From Octopus vulgaris (Eukaryota), in contig OX597822.1 in assembly GCA_951406725.2 (NCBI GenBank), positions 8,370,001 to 8,434,000 of the forward strand: a stretch of 64,000 bases of DNA, written 5' to 3'. Positions within the stretch are counted from its first letter, which is position 1. Each line of letters opens with the position of its first letter. Shown piece by piece: positions 54,152-64,000 of the stretch. The translations under genes and the position numbers were made by a program. Under the pieces are notes generated by a model that did not search any database, had not been told where the DNA came from, and saw nothing but the letters and a program-made list of their open reading frames with translations.

Positions 54152-54813
54152 TCCTACCTCCCTATGCGACATGACCTTGTCGCAAATACAATATACAACG
54201 CCATTCGATAAAAAGACTGTCTTGGAATAATTATAGAGAATCTCCCAGTTACTGAATACGTACACAATTACCAACACAAGATATCCTCGTGAAACGTTTC
54301 TTTCCTTCGAAACATATGTCAAGTGTAAGCATAAAATACCGGATATTAAATTTTGGGTCAAACATGAAAAAGAATATACCGTCATAAAGATCAACTGTCC
54401 GGCTGATGTGAATGTTTCTTTGAAAATGAAAGCAAAGAAAATAACAATCGACAACCGCTTCGAAACTTCCAATTTCTATATCTGGAATACAAATTTACAT
54501 TTATACCAATAGTAATCAGAGCACACGATTTTGTAACTTTGTGCCTGGATAAGTAACTGTCTGTCTGGATAAGATTCAATTGTCAGAAAAAGAAATCAGC
54601 AACCTGATACACACATTACACATCCAATCTGAAAGCCGTGAAGTAACACTATGCAATATTTGTCGCAGATTTAAAATGTGACGTTGAATCGTTATCTACA
54701 TTCCAAAGATGAATATTTGTGTCTTTGAAACAAGGTCCTTCTTCTGTGGAAGAATTTAAGTGTTTAAATGCCGAAGATACGTTCACAAATGTGGATAACA
54801 TACATACCTGCAT

Positions 54814-54815
<2 letters not shown>
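54152..54815 (+). pseudogene. R2-superfamily (R4/Dong-like) restriction-like endonuclease domain relic plus 3' UTR
   Basis: YLPMRHDLVANTIYNAIR*; KCKHKIPDIKFWVKHEKEYTVIKINCPADVNVSLKMKAK; YLEYKFTFIPIVIRA: the RHD, PD..(D/E) and PIVIG motifs. Bounded by (CATA)n and (TA)n. Not in the ORF track. Confidence 0.7.
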
Positions 54816-54860
<45 letters not shown>

Positions 54861-54895
54861 ACATGTATACATGTATACATGCACACACACACAGA

Positions 54896-54949
<54 letters not shown>

Positions 54950-55070
54950 TTCAGCAAAACTTTAGATTCAGATGAATAAGGTACTTATGTTGAGACACCA
55001 GAATTTAGTACGGTATTATCCATACGATTTCAAATAAGGTCATTAGAATATAAATAAAGCAACAAGGATA

Positions 55071-55156
55071 TCCAGTACGATCGTTTCACGCAACTCCATT
55101 TAATTGAACAATGCAACCATTACATCAATTTTAATGCAGAGCAATCCTCAGCTGCA
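55071..55156 (-). ncRNA. Type-I hammerhead motif with long imperfect stem II, in a TA-adjacent module (54948-55195)
   Basis: UGCAG-CUGAGGA-[~57-nt imperfect hairpin]-GAAA-CGAUCG-UA-CUGGA. Palindromic stem III ACGAUCGU, GUA triplet, stem I 4/5. Confidence 0.6.
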
Positions 55157-56857
55157 AAAGGACATCGAATTTAATTAAATTAAAATTGAAACAGATATGT
55201 ATGTATGTATGTGTGTATGTGTGTATATACATATATTCACGTGTACATACATGTATATGTGTTTATGTGTGGAGATTAAAAATGCCAGAAATGGTTTAAT
55301 GTGGAAAAAATTTTCGCTCTCTTCGTAAGAATCAATAAAAGTGCGCGTGTTCGCGTAATTTTAGAAAAGAATGCACGAAATTACACGAGCCTATTTGGGA
55401 TTTTAGAACGAAATCACAGATGCAGGGGAAATAATTTTTCTTAATTGCTATCACCCCTGCATTGTCATGTACTTTGCGTTCAATTTGGATGATTTGTATA
55501 ATCGGAGAACTTTCATGCATTACCGTATTTAAAAATTTATGCTTCAAGAATGTTTTTGTAAGTACATACATAAGTATCACGACATTTATGGGCCATCCGC
55601 ATGTTTTAAACACGAATTGAGAGAGGAAGTTGTACGTTCATAGAATCATAAATTGGTAAATTCCAATGAGCAAAATTCTCGACACCTTAGAAACTCTGCG
55701 CTTTATAGTGATTAATAGCATTGTTTTCCTACCAATATGACCAGAGGTAGGAGCACAGAAGTACACGCACACATTCGTGCACCTCTACCCACCCCCACAC
55801 TTGGTATTTTATTTAATACGGAATTCTTTTCACAACTAGACTTGCACATTGCTGCGATCTTTCTGATGACTGTAATTTGAATGTCCCGAGCTAGCGAGCT
55901 TGTTTAAAAGAAAGCAACTATATTCTCTGTATGGTTATTGTTTTCATCGATTTTTTAGTCAATAATATTTCATAAGATATGCATCATATTAATGCTTTGT
56001 GTTAATTCATTAATTGTCTACACAGTCTCAGCTAATTGCAATATCATATTCATTGTCTCAAAATAGTATTTAAATAGAAATCACGTGCATCTCGTGTATA
56101 CAGTGCTTGGGCTGTTTACGCACAGCGGTATGGACACTGGATCATAAATATTGGGCCAAGGAAGAACACATTAAAAACTATACATTTGTGTAGAAGAAAT
56201 TATAAATGTATATATATATATATATGTTTCCTTTATATATTTCATAAAATCTTTTATGGAAAAAATTAGGAATAGTTAAGAAATATATTCCATAGAATTG
56301 TTGGAAAGCTATAAGATAGTCAGCGCTGTATATCTCAAGAAATATGTAAACTATACATAAATATAAACCAAATATATTTTTCCTTTGATTTGGTTTTGCA
56401 GTAAGTTGTTTTGCTAATCAGTAAATTATGTAGCAATTTGCCTGGATTTAATTTGAAGCTGTGCTGCTTGCAGTTTGAAGGAATGTTTATAGATAGATAT
56501 AGAGCGTGTGTGTTTAGTGAAGCGAAGCAGTTCTCAAGTTATACTGAATAATGTATTACCGGTTGAAACTCAAGATATATTTTGAAACGACAGCATTGTA
56601 AACTAAAGGCGTATAGTTTGAATATCTAAGTTTGAACTCCTGCTGATTGATACGATTTGATGATGGCAGTGGCATTTGCGTCATATGGTAGCAAGCTCAC
56701 ATCAAGCAGTTGCAGGTGTAGGAAAGTTACTTGAAATGGTTCAATAGCAGCTAGGTGACTCAATAATAATTTTATTTTTTCATTCTTAAGCAGATTAGCA
56801 GCGGTCTTTGGGTTAAACTGGGCATGGTAAATACAAAGATATCACGTTTATAAATAA

Positions 56858-57245
56858 CTAGCAGTATCGCCCGGCGTTGCTCAGGTTTGTAAGGGAAATA
56901 ACTATAAAGCATTTTTAGAGAGTTATAGCCAAAAAATAGCAAAAAAATGGAAAAAAAATTATGGTAAATTTTTTTTTGAGAGTAAAAAAAGGTTGAGTTG
57001 CGTCCCCTAGACAGTCTGTGGTTTGTTTCTTTTGATTCTCGACCCCATGTCGAATTTATCGATTTTTTTCAGAACTGGGGTTAACTTTTCAAAATTTTCG
57101 CTGCGTTAGTTTTGAATTATGACATTGGGCTATGTGTGTGTCAAGTTTCATCAGAATCGGTTGAAAGCCGTGGTCAGGGTGAGGGTACGAGAAAACAGAC
57201 ACACAGAAACACGCACAGACAAACTGCCGTTTATATATAGAGAGA
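56858..57245 (-). mobile_element. Non-autonomous Helitron
   Basis: On the minus strand: A|TCTCTCTATATATAAA...CCTGAGCAACGCCGGGCGATACTGCTAG|T (5' TC, subterminal hairpin, 3' CTAG, A|T target). Confidence 0.8.
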
Positions 57246-57435
57246 TATGATAATATAAATAAATATCTATACATATACAAACGCGTGTGCACTCACACCC
57301 ACAGTCACACACACACATATATGTTCGGCGATGAGTGCTTTTACTAAGCTAATGTGAGTTTTATCGTATTACTAGGTTCATCTAAATTATTAGACACCAG
57401 CAGTTATTATCCATTTGCTTTTTATTGCTTTCTTA

Positions 57436-57550
57436 AAAAGCTATATCACGTTGAAAGCACCAGTTCCCGTCCGATCACCGAAGTTAAGCAACGTCGAGCC
57501 TAGTTAGTATTTAGATGGGTGACCACTTCGGAAAGGTAGGTACTGAACGC
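57436..57550 (+). pseudogene. 5S rRNA pseudogene
   Basis: CTATATCACGTTGAAAGCACCAGTTCCCGTCCGATCACCGAAGTTAAGCAACGTCGAGCCTAGTTAGTATTTAGATGGGTGACCAC is a metazoan 5S sequence with boxes A and C. Termini and helix V are degenerate. Single dispersed copy. Confidence 0.88.
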
Positions 57551-57565
57551 ATCACACATATTTTA

Positions 57566-57973
57566 GGCGCAGGAGTGGCTGTGTGGTAAGTAGCTTGCTT
57601 ACTAACCACATCGTTCCGGGTTCAGTCCCACTGCCTGGAACCTTGGACAAGTGTCTTCTACTATAGATTCGGCCCGACCAAAAGCTTGTGAGTGGATTTG
57701 GTAAACAGAAAATTAAAGAAGCCCGTCGTATATATGTATATGTATATATTTGTGTGTGTTTGTTTGTGTGTCTGAGTTTCCCCCACCAACTTCGCTTGAC
57801 AACCGATGATGGTGTGTCTACGTCCCCGTAACATAGCGGTTCGGCAAAAGAGTCGAAAGAATAAGTACTAGGCTTACAAAGAATACGTCCTGGGATCGAT
57901 TTCCTCGAATAGAGGCGGTACTCCAGCATGGCCGCAGTCAAATCACTGAAACAAGTAAAAGAGTTAAAGAGTA
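57566..57973 (+). mobile_element. SINE family A, full length
   Basis: Co-linear with 35925-36385. Confidence 0.9.
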
Positions 57974-58225
57974 TACTCCTATGCAAAATCGTATCAAAAT
58001 ATAAATGAATCTTTGAACTTTTGGTTATTAGTTGGGAAAATACATCGTTTCAGATATATATCCTCCTAACTAAAAGGGTAATAAAAATCTGAAATGGCTT
58101 GATATGCCATATTTACAGCTTACTATTTATTTAATGCAGATTCATTGGCAATAGTGAGTTTGAAAATCAGTTGTAGGAAGTTAGCGGCAACCAGTTTAGG
58201 ATGTATCTTATTTGTTAGACCAATA

Positions 58226-58592
58226 TCTTTATATATAAAAGTGAGGTTGTGTGCTGTCTGTCTCCTACGATTTAGATTCCTAACTACTCCCACATTTTGC
58301 GGTGCAGTTTAACCAAAACCGGGTATCTTATAGTCGTGTTTCATATCGAGCCCTGGGTATTCTGGGTATTAGCGCGCGTCTACGATGAGTCTACGATTTA
58401 AAAAAAAAATTAGCATCATTTTTTTTCCATTTTTAATGCATTGTTTTGCTATTATATAAGGGAAGTAACTCTCTAAAAATGTCTACGATGAGTCTACGAT
58501 TTTAAAAAAAATTACCATCATTTTTTTAAATTTTTAATGCTTATATAGTTATTTCCCTTACAAACCCGAGCAACGCCGGGCGATACTGCTAG
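58226..58592 (+). mobile_element. Non-autonomous Helitron with an internal ~55-bp duplication
   Basis: A|TCTTTATATATAAAAG...CCCGAGCAACGCCGGGCGATACTGCTAG|T. GTCTACGATGAGTCTACGATTT occurs twice internally. Confidence 0.8.
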
Positions 58593-59495
58593 TTTATTAA
58601 TAACGCAATAAATTCTTTCTATTCTGTAAGTTAAATAATGTTAGAGTTATTTGTTCATAAGAGCATGTTATCTCATGCATGAGATGGGTTTTCATGTGAG
58701 AAATTGTGCTATTTACTCATGCAGATCAGGGGCCATAACGTCTGCAAATTCAAAGGAAGTCTAGAACTCAAGTTCTACGATCAAATATTTGGATAGAGAA
58801 TGTATTTGTCCAGAAGGATCAGTTATAATATACGATGGATATACTGAATACGATGTAATTTATATTTTCTTATCTAATATAGAATAGGTTTACGATATCA
58901 AGGTCTATCAGGTTCAATGTTAGCAGATTATCATAACCTTTGACATCAAATTGTAAGAATATGGGATTAGATTTACAGTGGTAAATTGGGAGCCAGTTAA
59001 TTTCAGCTAGTGCATTTGTTCTAAATGTACATGATGCTCATTCTGATAAAATCAAATTTTATATTTGCACATAATATGGGATTACATTCTAATGTAACAG
59101 CTAACATTTTATTCGGGATATTTGAATCTGTAATATGGACGATTCGAATAAATCGATAAATTATATTATAAATATTGAGGCTAGAAGAGTCCTAAAACAT
59201 TAACGTCATTCAGTGATTGCAACTGTGATTTCAGTCAGTACGTCCAAATTTAGTTGGAATATAAGATTTAGTAATGATTTTGTCCAATCAATAAAATTAA
59301 GTTTATGAGTGTGCTCAAATATTACGCCTTGAATTCTTAATGTCACTCGTTTTTTACTGGAGACTTTGTTGAGAACATTTCTGCATTATGCTTAAAATAA
59401 TAAGACATATAAGCTTTTCAAATACGCTCAATAGTCTTTTCACGAGGACGAATATTGCATTTGAATACACGTATATATGTATTTGTATGTATGTA

Positions 59496-59545
<50 letters not shown>

Positions 59546-59676
59546 CGCTGATTTACCTGTTCCGGGTTCAATCGAATTGCGTTGCACCTTGGACGAGTGT
59601 CTTCTAATATAGCTTCGGACCCACCGAAGCTTTGTGAGTGGATGTGGTCGATGGAAACAGAAAAGAAGCCCTTGTA

Positions 59677-60908
59677 TTAGGTAGTTTCCCATAAAATGTA
59701 TTTGAAAGGTAGCAATAAAATATTTCAGAAGTGTTAGAGAACTGATTTATTTAATCAAAGTGTGGTCCATGTTCATTTATGACGTTTACCCAATTTTTGA
59801 CTATGTCATATATTCCATCTTTAAAAAAATTCATCTTTTGCTGTGATAAACTGTCCGAATGCTTCAATTACCACTTCTCTATTTAAGAATGTTTTATTGG
59901 GTACCAAAAGCTCAAAATGCTTAAATAAGTGGTGAGCAGTAGGAGAGATATCAGAGGAATAGGTAGGAAGTGGCAAAAGTTCATAATTCAGACATTGCAA
60001 TGTTTATACTGTAGCTTGAGGAGTGTGAGGATGTGCATTGCGGAGTAATATTGGGCTATCTCCATTCATTAGTCTGAGTCGCTTGTCTTTAAAATTCTCA
60101 TGCATGCAATCAATTTCATGCCAATACGATGTTGCTGTTACCAACATTTCCTTGTTGCAAAAATCAATAATAAATAACTCCCTTCGTCGGGCACCATACA
60201 GTGACCTCTAACTTTTTCGAGTGCAATGGTGAGTTTGGGTAGTGCTTGCGTGACTCTCCTGTATCTAATCGTTGTCCTCTTCACCTGCTGTTGTTGTTGT
60301 CAAAGAGTATCCATTTCTCATAATAAGTAATGATTTGATGCAAAATTGCCTTTTTCCAACCGAGAAAGCAATAAGGAGCACACTTCGAGGGGACTGTTTT
60401 TGAATCTCGTTCAGTTGATGTGGAATAAACCAATCCGTTTTCTTGACTTTTTCAATTTCGGACTGGTGATCAAAATCAGTTGTGGGAGAGTTCGGACGTC
60501 TGTTGAAAGATTTCGAACCTTTGTTCTCGGATTTTATTCAACCAAAGCATTTAATCCATCATGCCTAATAACGGATTTTGGCCTACCCCTTGGTTTATTT
60601 TCAAAGCTGTCATTTGAATGAGAGCTTTGGAACCACTTCTGAACAGTTTTGATGTCAACAAAGCCATTACCAAAGTACCATTTGATGTTTCGTAGAGCAT
60701 CTGCGGCAGAGTAATCTAGTTTGTACTCATACGAGAAAATCAATCAACATAGTTTGTTTGTTATCATTTCAATAAGTTTTGTAAGTACAAATTTTGTATA
60801 CCAATATTGTCAGTATACAGTCAAGATTAAATGCAAGGTATACATAATTGAAGTTTTAAATGATTGAAATAACAAGTAATTAAAATGCGACATTTCATGT
60901 GAAGTAAC

Positions 60909-60912
<4 letters not shown>
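59677..60912 (-). mobile_element. Near-full-length decayed mariner (~1.24 kb), TA TSD
   Basis: Degenerate TIRs TTAGGTAGTTTCCCATAAAATGT / ACATTTCATGTGAAGTAACCTCA. Translated YEYKLDYSAADALRNI...TVQKWF...PRGRP, IITYYEKWILFDN, LLPLPTYSSDISPTAHHLFKH. Confidence 0.88.
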
Positions 60913-60939
<27 letters not shown>

Positions 60940-60944
<5 letters not shown>

Positions 60945-61295
60945 TGCAGCGTGGGAGGTGTTTATAAGCCATTTAAGAAACACACAAAAGCCGTTCGATT
61001 CACTCCAACATTTAAGTTTAATTTGTCAAAATATTTTCGTCGCTAAAATCCGCGACCTGTTCACTGGCAAAGTCCGTGCTGCATCAAAGTCCGAGATGCA
61101 GCACGGACTTTGTCAGTGAACAGGTCGCGGATTTAGTGACGAAAATATTTTGACAAATTAAACTTAAATGTTGGAGTGAATCGAACGGCTTTTGTGTGTT
61201 TCTTAAATGGCTTATAAACACCTCCCACGCTGCAATTGTTTTCGTTTCAGCACACGATCTCAGATCAAATTACTTGCTATGCGAGTACATCTCCG

Positions 61296-61300
<5 letters not shown>
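60940..61300 (+). mobile_element. PLE-type fold-back mini-element between (TA)n tracts (~145-bp arms, 9-nt loop, HHR in each arm)
   Basis: 60940-61085 and 61095-61239 are near-perfect reverse complements. A unique extension lies at 61240-61300. Confidence 0.75.
61109..61157 (+). ncRNA. Minimal hammerhead motif, G3-C8 core variant (mirror copy on the minus strand at 61022-61071)
   Basis: UUUGUCA-GUGAACA-G-GUCGC ggauuua GUGAC-GAAA-AUAU-UU-UGACAAA: 7-bp stem I, 5-bp stem II, palindromic stem III AAUAUU. Confidence 0.7.
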
Positions 61301-61351
<51 letters not shown>

Positions 61352-61772
61352 ATGTGTGTGTGTGTATGTGTGTGTTTCTTTTTGTCTGTGCTTGTGCCAT
61401 AATCACCGATTCACAACCGGTGTTAGTGTACTTACGTCCCCATAACTTAGCGGTTCGGCAGAAAAGGCCGATAGAATGAGCACTAGGTTTAAATAAAATA
61501 AATTCTGAAGTGGATTTGTTCAAACCCTTGAAGGCGATGTTCCAACAAGACTCTAGTCAAATGAGTAAAGCAAATAAAAACGTAGAAGAGTAAAAGAAAG
61601 GCATATATATATATATATATATATTATCGACTGAGTGTTTCATATTAATCCAAATATCGAAATCTCAATCTTAATGTAATTACGACATTCAGTCATGTCG
61701 TTTTAAATACGTCATTTCGAAAGGGTCCGTTACATCATTACTTGGTAGTTTCAATTTGGTTTCTCCCATAAG

Positions 61773-61839
<67 letters not shown>

Positions 61840-62567
61840 AGCCTATTAATTAATCGCGATTAATAATATAACGAAAGATATAACACATATCTGAATCTAC
61901 TTTCTGAATTAATCACAAATTTTACTAAACGAATGACATTGTACCTATATCCTTCTATAATATATGCTGAAACAATTGGCCATACTTGATTCAAAATGCT
62001 ACCCAAACCAAATTATATGAATGCGTTAAAAATTATGAATAATTGACCAGCATTCTGAATTTATAAAAAAAAACAACGCATCAGAGCAGTGTAATGGCAA
62101 CAGGTCAAGTATTGGTCTCTACCACCGATGTGAATGTTTTAATAAAAATCCTAGAATTGACGAAGTTTTCCATAACAGTGAATCTCATTGAAAATTTGCA
62201 AAATATTACAGAATTATAGATTTACAATTCCGGTAATGAAAATAGATACACATTGACATGCACATAGGCAATATACTCGCACATGATCAGTAATGAAGGA
62301 AACAATTGATTTTGAAACGAATCAGCACACCTTCGTCATACGAATATGGACAAGTACAAGGATATACACACACACAGACACACAGATAATTACGTGTGCG
62401 CGCAAATGCACACATCTGCACACAAAATGCAGCAGTCGCCGCATGTATACACAATACTCAAGAACTGTATTCCTATAATCATAGACGCCTACCGTTTTGG
62501 GACGAATTAATTAAACCCAAAGAAAAGCATCCATATACGCTACCTGGACGTATATGTACATTCGTAT

Positions 62568-62643
<76 letters not shown>

Positions 62644-62646
<3 letters not shown>

Positions 62647-63064
62647 TCTTTTACTCTTTTACTCTTTTACTCGTTTCAGTCATTTGACTGCGGCCATGCT
62701 GGAGCACCGCCTTTAGTCGAGCAAATCGACCCTGGGACTTATTCTTTGTAAGCCCAGTACTTATTCTATCGGTCTCTTTTGCCGAACCGCTAAGTGATGG
62801 GGACGTAAACACACCTGCATCGGTTGTCAAGCAATGCTAGAGAGACAAACACAGGCACGCAAACATATACACACACATACATACATATATATATATATAT
62901 ATACGACGGGCTTCTTTCAGTTTCCGTCTACCAAATCCACTCACAAGGCTTTGGTCGGCCCGAGGCTATAGCGGAAGACACTTGCCCAAGGTGCCACGCA
63001 GTGGGACTGAACCCGGAACCATGTGGTTGGTTAGCAAGCTACCTACCACACAGCCACTCCTGCG
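62644..63064 (-). mobile_element. SINE family A, young full-length copy
   Basis: Reverse complement of the 35925 type with a (GTAAAAGA)3 tail, embedded in (TA)n. Confidence 0.92.
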
Positions 63065-64000
63065 TATATATATATATATACGAAATATATACGAAGACAC
63101 ATCCTTACATACATTTTTACATACATTCATAAACACATGCACTACAACAGGCATAGCCTCATACATACTTAGGTCACGTAAGCTTTAAAGGACAAGAGAC
63201 TTTTTCAAATGTATGAGCAATAATACTGAAATAATGTTGAACTCGTCATCGTATAGCGAACTTCTCAACCATCATCTTTGTGAAAGTGTGTATGTAGGAC
63301 TGGATTCATATATGTAACACATGCATTGATATGGTTCTGCAGATATTCTTTGGTGTTTTAACGTGATCGTATTATATGGTGTGTGTGATTGTAAGGGTGA
63401 GAGTATGTTTGCGCATTCAAATGCATAAATGAATATCAGCATGTGGAATCTGAATAAATGTGACAGCTTTTTCTTTTTAATATGTTCGCTCACTTTCTTT
63501 AAGTCTGTTTTGCTTTAATGTATTCGTTCTTGCATATGATATGTCAGATGTTTGAGAAAGGCTTTGTAGTTCGTTTTCCGACAAAATACTATATTTATAC
63601 TAACGATATATTCTCCGAAAGTATATTTTCCCCAAATATGAAGTGAATATTCAAATTCATTTCCGAAATAATGATAATCGTGATATGATATTTAAAAAAA
63701 TATGGCATTGTAAAGAATATATAATATGAATGATTTTATTTGAAACGTATAATTTAAATGATAAATTATGTTTTTTAAAAAAGAATTAGTGTTTTGTCAA
63801 AGGACACGTAGAAGATAAAACGATTAATCTTAAACATAAGACGGCTTCCTTTGAGGTATATTATTAATTTAAAATTAAATTAAATATTCTAAACTCTTTT
63901 ATCTTATCTATGAAATAAACATATTATATGCAATTTTTATCGTTATTTTGTTTTTGAAATTATATTTTCCTCTAACTTGTTATCATCGTCAAGATCGTCA

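Larger units (their letters stand above)
59544..61600 (+). mobile_element. Old SINE family A copy split by nested insertions (5' half 59544-59674, 3' half ~61340-61600)
   Basis: The 5' half ends at AGAAGCCCTTG-TA, where the SINE's internal microsatellite starts. The 3' half resumes after (TA)n(TG)n with CAACCGGTGTT...ACTTAGCGGTTCGGCAGAAA...GAGTAAAAGA. Confidence 0.7.

Noticed and set aside
54035-54472. 145-aa hydrophobic minus-strand ORF resembling a membrane protein
   Set aside because: It is the antisense shadow of the plus-strand RLE endonuclease relic, running into a (TG)n repeat.
56858-58592. Single 1.7-kb TIR DNA transposon
   Set aside because: Each end has Helitron hallmarks (own 5' TC, hairpin, CTAG, A|T target). 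Two inverted Helitrons explain it better.

Overview
AT-rich, microsatellite-dense eukaryotic DNA with no host protein-coding exon I can support. The repeat content is characteristic of a coleoid cephalopod, most likely Octopus (inferred from the tRNA-derived SINE families, the (TA)n/(CA)n/(GATA)n density and a mollusc-type 5S sequence). Almost all ORFs in the supplied track are microsatellite or SINE artefacts. The real coding remnants are all from transposons: a 5'-truncated RTE LINE with a 10-bp TSD (40187-42025), Penelope-like element (PLE) fragments (GIY-YIG and N-terminal parts), Tc1, maT and mariner relics, Hero-like and R4/Dong-like R2-superfamily relics, and non-autonomous Helitrons. 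There is also a 5S rRNA pseudogene and a MITE carrying (TTAGGG)n. The main signal is a set of at least five sequence-unrelated minimal type-I hammerhead ribozyme (HHR) motifs, plus one degenerate motif. Most sit in short PLE-type modules embedded in (TA)n tracts, three of them fold-backs. Their cores show compensatory changes at the 3-8 pair (C-G, U-A, G-C), an extra nucleotide after position 9, and palindromic stem III. Other points of interest are a SINE whose 3' tail matches the 3' end of the RTE LINE in the same window, modular SINE head/tail shuffling, nested insertions into a SINE's internal (TA)n, and a ~0.9-kb trinucleotide fold-back. All alignments and folds were done by eye, and boundaries of decayed elements are approximate.
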